Shown here: in pieces, positions 50,401 to 60,389 of the stretch | Layout of the letters: the number at the start of each line of letters is the position of its first letter | Position numbering within the stretch: position 1 is the first letter of the stretch | Source: Desulfurococcales archaeon | GTDB lineage: Archaea > Thermoproteota > Thermoprotei_A > Sulfolobales > Desulfurococcaceae | Assembly: GCA_027022365.1 (NCBI GenBank) | Contig: JALVYU010000011.1 | Span: forward strand, 64,001-128,000 | DNA length: 64,000 bases | Reading direction: 5' to 3' | Program-made: the position numbers and the translations under genes | Notes under the pieces: model-generated | The model's database searches: none | What the model saw: only the letters and a program-made list of their open reading frames with translations | What the model was told of the DNA's origin: nothing

Positions 50401-52475
50401 GAGTAGTCATAACCAATGAACAGAGCATCAACGTATATCTCGTGATAGATAACCCGGAAAAGTACTATGCAGAACTGAAGATACTGGATGTATACTGGGG
50501 AACAACAGCGCCCACATATGTTTATCCGGGAATGAGGGATCAGCCAGCCTCAATAATCATAGTCAATAACGGCCAGTATCCAGCATACAATGCAAGACTA
50601 GTGATCGATGCCGATAACGCCCGCCCACTGACCAGAGAAATATATGTCACGTCGACAATTGCTCCTGGAACCTCTGTCAGGGCAGTAGCTTACTTCGATC
50701 TAGGAAACAGTAAACCTGGAATAGTGCCCCTCAACATAACAGTACATTATCAGATCAGGATATATGGCGCCGATATAGACGTCATGTACATGGCGGCCGA
50801 TAAACTGGTAATTACGCGGCCGGAAACAATGATCAATAATACAGAGATCTATCTAGTCAACGCTGGCTGGAGGAACAACTGGCCGGTATACCCTGGCACA
50901 AAGAACGCCGAATATACTTTCACAATAGCGAATCTCCTCCCATACACTGTCGAAGGAGTCTTGGCCAAACTAGTACTTCCTAGTGCGTTCAAACCATACA
51001 CGAATTATTCAACGATAACCTACATAGCAGGCCCAATAAACTCGCTTCAATCAGTGACTGGTAGTTTCAGGCTAGACGTGATCGGAAAACCCGGAGTATA
51101 CACGGGATTCATAGAGATAACATACTATATGGTTAGCGGTGGCCCCGGTCTTAGAAAGACTATCTATATACCCATCAAGATATCGATCAGCAATCCGAGA
51201 AAAGCTGTCACCGTTGTGATGTATGGGTGGCAGACAGGTCAGCCCACCCTAGATATGAAGGGTGCAAGATACTATGTGGTGTTGAGGAACAACGAGATAC
51301 CACAGATACGGTACCCAGTCCTATATGTGCGGTTGCCGAGCGGCATATATTATTCACCGGACAACTCAAGCATGGCGAGGGCGCCGGCATCAGCAGCCGT
51401 TATCCCACAGACCCCAAGCACAACACTGGCTGCCCAGCCAAGCGTGCAGCAGATAATGAAGCTATTAACAACCCAGACCCAGCAGACAACAGTGACAACA
51501 ACCAGCAAGGGAGCACTGATCTCATTTATGCTACCCCTCAATCTCTGCTTAAAACATCCAGGAAAATACGTGGTAGACGCTAATCTATCCTACATTGATC
51601 CTTGGGGTAGCCAGTACAACCTTACAATAGAGTTCCCCATACTAGTGCTCGGCAAACCGGCCAAGCTAGGCATAACTGCTAGTCAGATGATAGTATTCCA
51701 TAACGGTACCACATGGTTTACCATGACAATAAATAATACATCGCCTTCACCAATATATAATGTCTACATCATACTAGCTCCAATGGCTCCCATAGCTCTG
51801 CCCATAAACAACATAAAATACATCTCTATGATTGGGCCTCGCCAGTCCATAAATATTACATATAGGCTAGTTTATAACCCGATGAACATGATAACCTATG
51901 CGGGTGGGACACCAATATCGTATACCTCAGTGCCGTTCAAGATAGCCATAATATACCGTGACCCGACCGGGGCAATGAATATCTATAATACGACAGTATC
52001 ATCGCTGGTGAGGCCATTCATAGATATAGGGATAAGCAGTGATACTAAAGCTAAGTACAGTGGTGGGGTTCTCTCGGTATCGGGTGTACTGATAAACTAT
52101 GGCATTACACAGGCGAGAAGTGTTGATGTAGCAATCATCTACGGCGACACAAGGGCTTCAAACTTCGTCGGCGACATCGATGCGGCAAGTCAGATGGCCT
52201 TCAAGGTATCAATGAATATCCAGAGATTAACAACGCGGACGGTTACGCTGGAAATAACATATAGGGATATGTATAATAACCTGTACTATAAGACCTATAC
52301 ATTACCGATCGAAGTCGAAAACACGACATCACTACAACCAGTTTCAGCGGCAAGCACTGGTCAGCCCACTCCCATGCACTACCTAATAATCGGCATGGTT
52401 GCCACATTCCTAGTCGGAGTATTCATTATAATATACAGGCTTACACGGCGTCACATGAGAAGGCTCGGCGGATGA
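47439..52475 (+). CDS. Large S-layer-domain (COG1361-like) surface protein with repeated Ig-like modules
   Basis: Signal peptide; about 11 repeats of ~125 aa starting W..YPG and containing PGNY/PGxY; many N-glycosylation sequons; C-terminal TM plus basic tail. Confidence 0.85.
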   Translation: MCRSASVLSLILIIAILLQPLTTLYYLVHSATQPYFQPVSTSFRSRTGGDVYPGSQNAVLNTDFMFNGTQNATQVFACIVSAPAGFSFHDRCSPAYNYNDKIASSVAPGQIIYFHYIVDVNRTVSPGNYTVKFNITYYYNLTLHYQLANVTVTVHSYPALTVSVVDTYWSPDGYPGETSASLNIVFKNTADSTISQAEVKAVLNAPVEPTNPRTTIRNISPHTRSIITFNNIFIKPEAAPGNYTGTITINAEMTTSDGVTYNATTTVNITFQIQSSPPVNLKVIDYGFAGDYPRPGARNVQLYLKIQNRDRATIESIVANIMLTNAYFMNGSIYGVVTVNGPIGYGEVFTIASPRIVIPVNQTYVRAIYDLDLLMSYSGSTYWAHVRYDLTFSISRMPYDIHILYVHWGSGEVYPGSTGQSLVVGMENLMRARIEGAEAVLQLPSNVFYPQKIYLDNVGITAGSVARLVFQGINIEKSARPGNYTCNLTINGLLVDTDGSYRTIKINFTLLIAVSQPNTSLVELVTYRWITGKAYPAMNNTGVEALLQVIRNAELRDIVATIILPKGIWAETTARHNETITLNGPYGYGSIIPLRFTSISIDRDNMGTIYVAIKLAAQATINGANTWMNKTILLRLNIEPPSNILEIISARWGSGKAYPWTAQASIQVLTRISDDITVDRLSAKIIYPQGILSSHTGGAYDTWYTNTPHQYGDIISVQYTGVKIEGLSPGNYSFTIIYTGIITINGGKAYFKINKTVTLEISRPVLNIKLVDASWNIPDPSRVMDNVGINILLYNNQTGTITQLTAKLLLPPGAESLEGRKYIIKTITNSVAYAQVFSISFNGIRINTTNNIMSFTLVLTARIDDSDTIYLLNNTLCFRLEINSTNTTFILSRIATTYNGQPAPLLPTAKGVTLSITLLNIRSYTINSLTAEIILPRGLETIGYRRSVAGPVSPGATVTLTYRLNIGDLEPGAYKAVLKLFFTRTNNGVVITNEQSINVYLVIDNPEKYYAELKILDVYWGTTAPTYVYPGMRDQPASIIIVNNGQYPAYNARLVIDADNARPLTREIYVTSTIAPGTSVRAVAYFDLGNSKPGIVPLNITVHYQIRIYGADIDVMYMAADKLVITRPETMINNTEIYLVNAGWRNNWPVYPGTKNAEYTFTIANLLPYTVEGVLAKLVLPSAFKPYTNYSTITYIAGPINSLQSVTGSFRLDVIGKPGVYTGFIEITYYMVSGGPGLRKTIYIPIKISISNPRKAVTVVMYGWQTGQPTLDMKGARYYVVLRNNEIPQIRYPVLYVRLPSGIYYSPDNSSMARAPASAAVIPQTPSTTLAAQPSVQQIMKLLTTQTQQTTVTTTSKGALISFMLPLNLCLKHPGKYVVDANLSYIDPWGSQYNLTIEFPILVLGKPAKLGITASQMIVFHNGTTWFTMTINNTSPSPIYNVYIILAPMAPIALPINNIKYISMIGPRQSINITYRLVYNPMNMITYAGGTPISYTSVPFKIAIIYRDPTGAMNIYNTTVSSLVRPFIDIGISSDTKAKYSGGVLSVSGVLINYGITQARSVDVAIIYGDTRASNFVGDIDAASQMAFKVSMNIQRLTTRTVTLEITYRDMYNNLYYKTYTLPIEVENTTSLQPVSAASTGQPTPMHYLIIGMVATFLVGVFIIIYRLTRRHMRRLGG

Positions 52476-53713
52476 CTGGAGTCTACAAGGGATCAATTAT
52501 GTTAATAACAGATGTACTTAGACTAGCTTCTAAAGCCCTATCTGAGAAGAAGACACGTGCCATACTAACGATAATAGGGATTATGATTGGGCCCATGGCC
52601 CTGGTAATGATAAACGGGGTAGTGTCTGGTTACAGCAACTATATACTCCAGCAGATCAAGGGGCTGGGAGAGAACCTGATAGTTGTAACTCCTAAGGAGA
52701 ACTTCAAGCTGGGAGAAGCTGACCTGAACTATATCAAGTCATTGCCGGGAGTAGCAGATGCAACCCCGTTTTATTCGACACAGGGAGAGACACGGGTTGG
52801 AACACAGAAGAAAACCGTGTTCATATATGCTGTATCATACTCCTTCCTATTCAAGGCCATACCTAGCCTAAAGATAGCTGAGGGAAGCATACCTGCCGAT
52901 AGCGATATATCGAAATGCATCATCGGCCACGACATAGCCTACACGAGCCTGGGAACAAGAGCATACAGTGTAGGCGATGTGATAACCATCCAAATATACC
53001 GTGTCAAGAGCGGCGGTAAAATCGAGGTAAAGCATGTGGCGTTTCTAATACAGGGAATACTTAAAAAATACGGTGGAGCAGCGTTCCTTAACCCTGACCA
53101 GACAGTATTCATAAGCATGGAGGCAGCCAAAAGGATCATAGGTATAAGTCAATGGACGGGCATCCTCATCCTCGCAAAGAGCCCGGCGCTTGTAAACAAT
53201 ATAACTGAGACACTCAAGCAAAGCTATGGAGGCAACATCGACATAGTCTCGTTCCTAGCCATAGCACAGATAACGTCATCAATAACAGGGGCAATAAACT
53301 TCATGACATTCGCCGCCAGCCTAGCAGCATTCGCCGTGGCGATAGCTGGTGTGGCCGCAACTATGATCACATCCGTTATCGAGCGGACGAAAGAAATAGG
53401 GGTAATGAAGGCCCTCGGTTTCACTGACGGCCAAGTATTGATTCTCATAATAGCTGAGGGCATAGTCATGAGCCTCATAGGCGGAATAGTAGGAGTTTCT
53501 CTAGGAATAGTCGGGGCCTACGTACTCGCGTCGAGGGGGATGGTTATACATGCGGGTACGACAACGATACTTATCAAGGCTAATCCAGCAATATCGCCGG
53601 AATTCATAGGGTTAACAATGATCATGACCCTAATGATCGGTGTTGCCGGCAGTATATTCCCAGCATACAGAGCCGCCAAGATACCGCCAGCAGTCGCTTT
53701 AAGATACGAGTAA
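52472..53713 (+). CDS. ABC transporter permease (MacB/FtsX family)
   Basis: RAILTIIGIMIG, SVIERTKEIGVMKALG, PAYRAAKIPPAVALRYE. Confidence 0.93.
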   Translation: MTGVYKGSIMLITDVLRLASKALSEKKTRAILTIIGIMIGPMALVMINGVVSGYSNYILQQIKGLGENLIVVTPKENFKLGEADLNYIKSLPGVADATPFYSTQGETRVGTQKKTVFIYAVSYSFLFKAIPSLKIAEGSIPADSDISKCIIGHDIAYTSLGTRAYSVGDVITIQIYRVKSGGKIEVKHVAFLIQGILKKYGGAAFLNPDQTVFISMEAAKRIIGISQWTGILILAKSPALVNNITETLKQSYGGNIDIVSFLAIAQITSSITGAINFMTFAASLAAFAVAIAGVAATMITSVIERTKEIGVMKALGFTDGQVLILIIAEGIVMSLIGGIVGVSLGIVGAYVLASRGMVIHAGTTTILIKANPAISPEFIGLTMIMTLMIGVAGSIFPAYRAAKIPPAVALRYE

Positions 53714-53815
53714 TAACCATTGACAAAGACTATTTTAATAAAGAATACATTATATTGATCCGGAGCTGGGAAGAAACATCCACGTTCTAACACCAACTAC
53801 ATGGATGGCTAGTCG

Positions 53816-54319
53816 GTGGTATCGTTGCGAAGCGTCTTAGACGTATATGCCAAATACAGAGGGATCATAAGGCTATTAATACTCTATGTCTTAAGCAAGA
53901 AACCGCTCCACGGCTATGGTATAATGAAGGAGCTCAAAGAGATCATGGGCAAGATGCCTGGTCCGGGAAACATTTATCCACAGATAAGATACTTGCTTCG
54001 CAAGAACTATATCGAGATACACGAGGAGGTTAGGCAGGGCCGTAAAAGAAAAGTATATAGGATAACCGAGAAAGGCCTGGAGTACTTAGCGGAGAACATG
54101 GATAGGGTCAACGAAGCTATAGAGATGTTCTCAAGGCTTAAACACTTATTTGACTGTGGTTTCAGAGAAATAATGGCGGAGCTATGGGTTCTAATTAAAG
54201 TATGGGATAAGCTTAGCGACAAGGACAAGGCATATGTAAAAGAAATTCTTGGCAGGATGAAGGAAGAAATAGCAAAGATCCTCGTCAGATATACTAGGGA
54301 GACAAAGGCTTCGGCATAA
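53816..54319 (+). CDS. PadR family transcriptional regulator
   Basis: PLHGYGIMKEL, PGPGNIYP, RKVYRITEKG. Confidence 0.92.
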   Translation: MVSLRSVLDVYAKYRGIIRLLILYVLSKKPLHGYGIMKELKEIMGKMPGPGNIYPQIRYLLRKNYIEIHEEVRQGRKRKVYRITEKGLEYLAENMDRVNEAIEMFSRLKHLFDCGFREIMAELWVLIKVWDKLSDKDKAYVKEILGRMKEEIAKILVRYTRETKASA

Positions 54320-54346
54320 GACATAAACCATTTCCTTTCCGATCCT

Positions 54347-55555
54347 TTATCCACCCATTACGATGAGCATTAGGGCTAAGCTACTTGTGCCTATTATGTC
54401 TGCTATGCTTGTAAGTATGGGCGCCAACGTATTATCTGGATCTATGCCTGCCTTAAAGCTCGCCATCGCCGCATAGTATGTGAGAATAGTTATTATTGCT
54501 GTGAGCAATAAACCTGCTGACATAACTATTTCAATGACCTTAAATCCCCACATAATGGTTGCCCCACGAGAAATTGCGACAGCAAAACCAAATATGCTTA
54601 GAGAACCAAATATCATCAGGGCGTGTATTAGGTTTAGTAGGAACTGTTTTAGGGTCCATGAATCGCTAGGGATCCATTTAATCTTAATGGAGCCTATGTG
54701 GAGGCTCGTGGAGAGCCTGGATGAGAACCTGCAGGCGATGGCACCTCCATCTTCTAGGAATGCGGGTATGACCGCCAGTATGCCTAATCCCTTTACAATA
54801 TTATTTATATTAGTCATGAGTATCACTCCGGCGAACATGCTCATACTGCTTGAGAACATTATTATAGGCATGTTCTGGACGAGTATGTTCCATGTTCTCT
54901 CCAACGGATCGTTTTCTTCTCTGGTAACAACCCTGTAGAACACATAAGCAGGAATGATCAGTAGGACGAGTGTAAATAACAACATAAAGAGTCTTGGTAC
55001 GTCTGTTGCGATGAGGTAAGCAAATACAATCGTAGGTACTGTAACCATGTCTCCGAAGAGCGTCGCTATAGGTGCAACAACGTTATCTGGATTAATTCCT
55101 CGCTTAAAACTGGTGAAAGCGAGCCATGTGGTTGATGGTATCATGATGATACTTGAGATCACGGCTGATAAAACGGCTACAAAGACGGTTGAGTAAGGCT
55201 CGAGATTATACTTGCCAAATACAATGGATACAATGAAAGTGAGAAGACCTATCCACGTATTGATCAAGATGAGGATCGAGGACAAAGCCATGAGTTCTGC
55301 CCGGATTAGCTTCTTGGCCATACCGAGGTGAAGCAGAGTGCCGAGCCTTGAACCATAGCTGGAGTAAACATCTCCACGTGCATCACTAGCCGCTGGAAGA
55401 AGTGCGAGAAGGATCTCCGCATGCATGATAATGGGTTGGAAGATCTGGAGGAAATAACCGGATATATAGTCGCCGAGATTACAGAGCATAAGTGAGACCG
55501 CGCCTTCTTTCAAGTCCTTCTTGAACTCTTCATCAAAGATCATAGATCTCACCAT
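54347..55555 (-). CDS. MgtE/SLC41-type magnesium transporter (duplicated membrane domain)
   Basis: GSRLGTLLHLG / SSRLSTSLHIG and GINPDNVVAP..GD / GIDPDNTLAP..AD repeats. Confidence 0.88.
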   Translation of the reverse strand: MVRSMIFDEEFKKDLKEGAVSLMLCNLGDYISGYFLQIFQPIIMHAEILLALLPAASDARGDVYSSYGSRLGTLLHLGMAKKLIRAELMALSSILILINTWIGLLTFIVSIVFGKYNLEPYSTVFVAVLSAVISSIIMIPSTTWLAFTSFKRGINPDNVVAPIATLFGDMVTVPTIVFAYLIATDVPRLFMLLFTLVLLIIPAYVFYRVVTREENDPLERTWNILVQNMPIIMFSSSMSMFAGVILMTNINNIVKGLGILAVIPAFLEDGGAIACRFSSRLSTSLHIGSIKIKWIPSDSWTLKQFLLNLIHALMIFGSLSIFGFAVAISRGATIMWGFKVIEIVMSAGLLLTAIITILTYYAAMASFKAGIDPDNTLAPILTSIADIIGTSSLALMLIVMGG

Positions 55556-55670
55556 GAACCGGTATTACACCTGCTCATCACCCTACCTCTTAGGTATCGT
55601 TGTCGCTGACTCGGTCAAACTGTGATATGGGTGTTAAATCTTATTTAAATAAAACCTTATGATCAAATAG

Positions 55671-56180
55671 ATGAGAACAGCTATTACTCTTGCAGGTGTA
55701 ACTATCATGCCTATAAGGATTAGAGGTCCAGGTCGAGAACCGCGGAGAATACGCCCGGAAGACGCTATCAAAGCAATCAGTCTTGTGAAGGAGGGTATTA
55801 AATTATTCACTGCTGGTCCACCGATAATTCATCGCGGTCCCGCCGGGGAAATCCATGTTGATGTCCCCTTGATGTATAATGGCTATGCTTTGGACAGAAT
55901 ACATTATGATCCGTACACGAATACTTTCTCTCCGAAAGGGAGGCCTGTGCATGCTATAAATGTACAAATATCTCGTGATACTGTCTGGCAGCTCTCTAAG
56001 CAGTATGTTAAAGAACTATATGTTATCGAAGCCGTTGAGTACAGAGAGCCCGAAGACGTGTGGGTAGTGCCTCTCGCATGGAGATGCTTTATCGTTGCTC
56101 ACATTAAGGTTAGCTATGACGGTGAAGAGCTGGTTCCAGATTACCCCCTGACCGAGGAAATAACGGGACGCCTTATGTGA
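55671..56180 (+). CDS. Conserved hypothetical protein
   Basis: 169-aa ORF with plausible composition; no family recognised. Confidence 0.65.
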   Translation: MRTAITLAGVTIMPIRIRGPGREPRRIRPEDAIKAISLVKEGIKLFTAGPPIIHRGPAGEIHVDVPLMYNGYALDRIHYDPYTNTFSPKGRPVHAINVQISRDTVWQLSKQYVKELYVIEAVEYREPEDVWVVPLAWRCFIVAHIKVSYDGEELVPDYPLTEEITGRLM

Positions 56181-56193
56181 TCAGGCGGTTAGC

Positions 56194-57306
56194 GTGAAGC
56201 TTCGGAGAAGGATCTTTGATTTCATCATGAGAGAAAAGCTCTTGGTAACTCTATTCATATTATTCATTTCGTTCCTCATGTATGATCATGGCCTAGTTGA
56301 ACGCATACCTGAATGTGTAAACATAAATGCTCTCATAGTTATTTTCACGCTACTCGTGATCAGCCGCTCCCTACATGTTTCAGGACTCACAAACCAGGTA
56401 GCAGTGAGGATACTATCTCGTACAAAGGGCTTGCCACGCGCTACATTGTTCTATATAGTCTTAATCACGTATCTTCTCGCACCACTCATAATGAATGATG
56501 GGGCCATATTCGTGATGGTGCCTTTAGTAGTAGTTGTTGCTGAGCTGTCCGGCCACGAAGAAGCATTACTTGTGACCCTTGTGGCTATCTCGGCTAACCT
56601 GGCCTCCATCATCTTGCCGATAGGTAATCCCCAGGACATCGTGATCTGGACACACTATGGGGTATCCCTGCCCGAGTACGTATTGGCTTCTCTTCCACTC
56701 TACCTCCTATCACTAGGGCTTCTTGCCCTATATGTTGTTTTCTTGTCCAGGAGGCTCGTCATTAAGGAACTGCCTCATCTTCCTAGGGTAAGACTTGATA
56801 AGAAGCTCTCCATAGCATCTATATCCTCGTTAATCGCTATCATTATTACTGCCCAGCTCAAAAACCCGTTGATCGGCCTCATAATAACCCTTGCGCTAAT
56901 ATTATTGTCTAGGCCCAGGATATTGGTTGAGGTCGATTACCCCTTGCTTGTAGTGTTCCTTCTAATGTTTATTGATTTCTCCGAGATACCTCACCTCCTC
57001 GGCGTACAGTCATTGATAAGCATGCTAACTCCCGTCCAGGTTTATGGCGTGTCACTTGTTTTGAGCCAGCTTATAAGCAATGTCCCGGCAACAATAGCCA
57101 TTATCAGGCACACGGTTTACTGGAAACCATTGTTTGCGGGTGTAAATATTGGTGGTGTGGGTTTTCTCCCAGGGAGCATGGCTAATATTATTGCTTTGAG
57201 GCTGTCCAGGGTGAAAACACGTGATTATCACCGGTACGCGCTCCCCTTCTTCATCGTGTTGGGGCTACTGGGTCTGTTCCTGGTCTATATCGGTCTTTAT
57301 GGTTAG
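56194..57306 (+). CDS. ArsB/NhaD/SLC13-family anion permease
   Basis: MND, ANLAS..PIGNPQD, SQLISNVPA, GSMANII. Confidence 0.88.
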   Translation: MKLRRRIFDFIMREKLLVTLFILFISFLMYDHGLVERIPECVNINALIVIFTLLVISRSLHVSGLTNQVAVRILSRTKGLPRATLFYIVLITYLLAPLIMNDGAIFVMVPLVVVVAELSGHEEALLVTLVAISANLASIILPIGNPQDIVIWTHYGVSLPEYVLASLPLYLLSLGLLALYVVFLSRRLVIKELPHLPRVRLDKKLSIASISSLIAIIITAQLKNPLIGLIITLALILLSRPRILVEVDYPLLVVFLLMFIDFSEIPHLLGVQSLISMLTPVQVYGVSLVLSQLISNVPATIAIIRHTVYWKPLFAGVNIGGVGFLPGSMANIIALRLSRVKTRDYHRYALPFFIVLGLLGLFLVYIGLYG

Positions 57307-57308
57307 CG

Positions 57309-58082
57309 CTAATAGTGTGAATCGGCTATGTGGACGTGCTTCATCACGGGGATTGCTGCTCCTCCATATATTTTCCGTGTATTTTCTATTGTTAAGACCT
57401 CATTGGGCGGGCCAGCAATGTATACTCCTTTATTCACCATAATGATGTAATTGGTATAGGGTAGGAGAAGCATTGGGTCATGACTCGTTATTATCAACAG
57501 GTGGTCATGCCCCATCTCGCCTATTCTCCGGGCAAGCTCCGCTCTGCCTGCGGGGTCAATGCTTGATAATGGCTCATCCATAACTATTATTGGTGGATCG
57601 GTTACAAGGGCTCTTGCTATAAAGCCCCTCTGCCTCTGCCCACCGCTTAGCTCCCAGAAATTCCTGTGCCAGTACTTCTCGTCGAGCCCAACGCTTTTGA
57701 GAGCCTTTGCGACGCGCTCCCTGTGTTTCTTACGTGGTATCCTCGGCCACTTCTCCCGCATCAGGAGACAGCACTCCACCATCTCCCATACTGTTATCGG
57801 GAATCGTGAACCAGGAGCATGTGTTATCTGGGGGACATAGCCGGCGTATTTCCCGGCTTTTCCCGGATCACCTGTCACGTCTTCCTTGTTAATAATTATT
57901 TTTCCCTTGATGGGTCTTATTAGTCCCAGAATAGTTCTTATCAACGTTGTCTTACCTGCTCCATTAGGCCCCAGTATCTGTACTACTCCATAGTTTTCGA
58001 TAACTATGTTTAGATCTCTTATCAATGGTTCACCGTTATACCCCGTCGTGACGTCGATCAACTCTATTCTAGGCAAAGCCAA
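57309..58082 (-). CDS. znuC: Zn/Mn ABC transporter ATP-binding protein
   Basis: GPNGAGKTT, GYVPQ, FPITV, LSGGQRQR, His-rich tail HVHIADSH. Confidence 0.88.
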   Translation of the reverse strand: MALPRIELIDVTTGYNGEPLIRDLNIVIENYGVVQILGPNGAGKTTLIRTILGLIRPIKGKIIINKEDVTGDPGKAGKYAGYVPQITHAPGSRFPITVWEMVECCLLMREKWPRIPRKKHRERVAKALKSVGLDEKYWHRNFWELSGGQRQRGFIARALVTDPPIIVMDEPLSSIDPAGRAELARRIGEMGHDHLLIITSHDPMLLLPYTNYIIMVNKGVYIAGPPNEVLTIENTRKIYGGAAIPVMKHVHIADSHY

Positions 58083-58112
58083 TATTTATCTACCCCTAAA
58101 CACTATACTCTA

Positions 58113-58148
58113 TGCACGGCTAAAGATAAAGATAACAATTACTGTGCA
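58113..58148. promoter_or_regulatory. Inverted repeat in divergent znuC/znuA promoter, possible RHH regulator operator
   Basis: TGCACGG-N22-CTGTGCA (6/7 complementary) flanking an AT-rich core. Confidence 0.35.
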
Positions 58149-58159
58149 CAGGGGATAAT

Positions 58160-59155
58160 ATGAGGTTCGCCCCAGTATTAATTTTGCTAATCACACTATC
58201 CACAACTATGGCGTTACAGCATGTATGGGCTGGGCAAAACAATAGTTTACTTGTAGTAACTACGTTTGACAACCTAAAATACGATGTTAAACAGCTCCTA
58301 GCTCCTGGAGATAGGGTCGTAAGTCTTGTTCCTCCTGGAGTAGATCCGCACAGCTATAGTTTGAGGCCACAGGACATCGAGTTGTTGGAGAAGGCCGATC
58401 TAATTGTATCTACTGGTCATGTAGCCTTTGAGAAACAAATAGAGAAAATGGTTAAGGAAGGAATTATAAAGGCGGAACTGATCGAGATACCGGATATACC
58501 GGGTATTAAGGTGCTGGATAACCCTGTAACGGGGGAGCCTAATCTACATATGCCAATCTATGATCCATATAACTATATTGTATTTATCTCTAGACTAGCT
58601 AGTGCAATGGCTTCTCTGAGACCGAGCATGAAGGACGTGTATATCGAGAAGGAAACACAAGTGATCAATAAAGTGGCCGAGATAATATCGAGTACTAGGA
58701 GAATCACAGGTATTGGTGTTGGGGAAGCACCACCCGTACAATATGCTGTCGAGTGGATGGGCCTTAAGATAAAATATCTTGCCTTGATCCAGCCCGGAGT
58801 ACCTGCGCCTCCGTCGCTTCTTAAACAAATCGAGGAGCAAGCCGAACAACACAAGATAGAATACATCGTAGTTATAGGGAACAGTACAAATCCAGCCCAT
58901 AAACTCCTCCTCGGCCTAGCGGAGAAATATGGTTTGAAAACAATAGTTGTTCCGAGCCCAACATCTCCTTCGAGTATCCTCGATAAGCTCGAGTATATTG
59001 TCCAGGAGATCAATTCCTCTGTCGCATTAAACAACTCGGTTAGCCCGATGGGCAGACGCGATGAACAACTCCTAACTAGTCAGGCGGCACTACTGCTCGG
59101 TCTATGCACGGGCTTCGTGACAGCATTCTATGTCTTAAGGAGGGAGGAGAAGTGA
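58160..59155 (+). CDS. znuA: Zn/Mn ABC transporter substrate-binding protein
   Basis: PPGVDPHSY, ADLIVSTGH..FE, PNLH; C-terminal membrane anchor. Confidence 0.88.
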   Translation: MRFAPVLILLITLSTTMALQHVWAGQNNSLLVVTTFDNLKYDVKQLLAPGDRVVSLVPPGVDPHSYSLRPQDIELLEKADLIVSTGHVAFEKQIEKMVKEGIIKAELIEIPDIPGIKVLDNPVTGEPNLHMPIYDPYNYIVFISRLASAMASLRPSMKDVYIEKETQVINKVAEIISSTRRITGIGVGEAPPVQYAVEWMGLKIKYLALIQPGVPAPPSLLKQIEEQAEQHKIEYIVVIGNSTNPAHKLLLGLAEKYGLKTIVVPSPTSPSSILDKLEYIVQEINSSVALNNSVSPMGRRDEQLLTSQAALLLGLCTGFVTAFYVLRREEK

Positions 59156-60009
59156 GGCTCGAACTAATTCTAGTTATTATGATCAGCGTATACGCTGTCC
59201 TTCTCTCGATAACGACTAGTTGGGTATGGGTAGCCGTGATGGCTTCATCCGCATTAACGCTAGGGGCGATAAGCGCGCTTGTTGGTGCTCGGAGGCTCTT
59301 CTTCCTTGCTGGTGCAGCGCCTCATAGTGGTTTACTCGCGGTTCTCGTGGCAATTCCTTTAGCATATATCACCGGGTACGATCCGGTAGTGATAGCCTCG
59401 CTTACGGGAGTATTACTAGTATATATGGTTGGATACGCTATACATCGCGGCCACGACCCGGACGTATCTACCTCGGTCTTCATAGCTTTCTCGGCCTCCC
59501 TCAGCGTTATTCTCGCCTATTATGTCCTCACAAACTATCCTGTACAGACAGATATATCGGCGATCATACTAGGTGATCCACTACTGGCAACGCCGACAGA
59601 AGCGTTATTCATGACGGGCTTATCTATTGTTTCATTTATCATTGTCTGGACAACCTATAGGGAACAGGTTAGCATCGGGATAGACCGTGACTCGGCCCGA
59701 TTGGCGGGAATAAAGGTCTGGGTATACGACCTAATAGTCTTCACGCTTCTGGGCCTAGCTGCCGCCGCCCTGCTTAGAATCATAGGCTTTATCTTGGAGC
59801 ATGTACTCATATTGATACCCGTGAGCATAGCATTAACTGCATCAAAGTCGTCGGGGAAAGCATTCGCGATATCGATTCTATCAGCATTAACAGCTGGTCT
59901 ACTCGGCCTCAACATTGCACTCGTCCTTAATCTACCGCCGAGCGGTGTTACTGGAGCCGTTCTCCTCGCGTATTATCTACTATCACTTCTTGGGAGGGGG
60001 AGAAAATGA
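59152..60009 (+). CDS. znuB: Zn/Mn ABC transporter permease
   Basis: FLAGAAPHSGL, ILGDPL, D..SARLAGI, IGFILEHVLILIP; GTGA overlap with znuA. Confidence 0.88.
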   Translation: MRLELILVIMISVYAVLLSITTSWVWVAVMASSALTLGAISALVGARRLFFLAGAAPHSGLLAVLVAIPLAYITGYDPVVIASLTGVLLVYMVGYAIHRGHDPDVSTSVFIAFSASLSVILAYYVLTNYPVQTDISAIILGDPLLATPTEALFMTGLSIVSFIIVWTTYREQVSIGIDRDSARLAGIKVWVYDLIVFTLLGLAAAALLRIIGFILEHVLILIPVSIALTASKSSGKAFAISILSALTAGLLGLNIALVLNLPPSGVTGAVLLAYYLLSLLGRGRK

Positions 60010-60386
60010 CCATGAAGAGAAGGTTCGGGATAAGCATACCCTCTAATCTAGCGGATAAGCTCGACCAGTTATCCGAAAAGCTAGGATGCGATAGGAGCAG
60101 GATCGTGAGGATGGCTATAGAGAATATTGTCCATGATCATTTGTATTATCTCGTAAAACATAGATGTAAAGGAATAATAGTTGTAAAAGGATCAGAAGAT
60201 ATCCTGGATCTCATTGAGAAGTATCACGACCTCGTCATAGCATATAATCATTACCATTTATCCAATACATGTATAGCGACCATAGTGGTGGACGGCTTCT
60301 CAACCGAAATTATTAGATTGCACCGCGAAATACTGAACAGAGGATGTAGTTCGAGATACATACCGATAGATTATGGGAGCGAATAA
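60006..60386 (+). CDS. NikR-like ribbon-helix-helix regulator
   Basis: RRFGISIP..DRSRIVRMAI RHH domain; His/Cys-containing ACT-like C-terminus (HRC, HYH, C). Confidence 0.82.
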   Translation: MTMKRRFGISIPSNLADKLDQLSEKLGCDRSRIVRMAIENIVHDHLYYLVKHRCKGIIVVKGSEDILDLIEKYHDLVIAYNHYHLSNTCIATIVVDGFSTEIIRLHREILNRGCSSRYIPIDYGSE

Positions 60387-60389
60387 GAT

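Noticed and set aside
55556-55625. GC-richer intergenic patch with GTGATGA on the minus strand
   Set aside because: No canonical D box and no confident rRNA/tRNA complementarity; it could be the mgtE 5' region.
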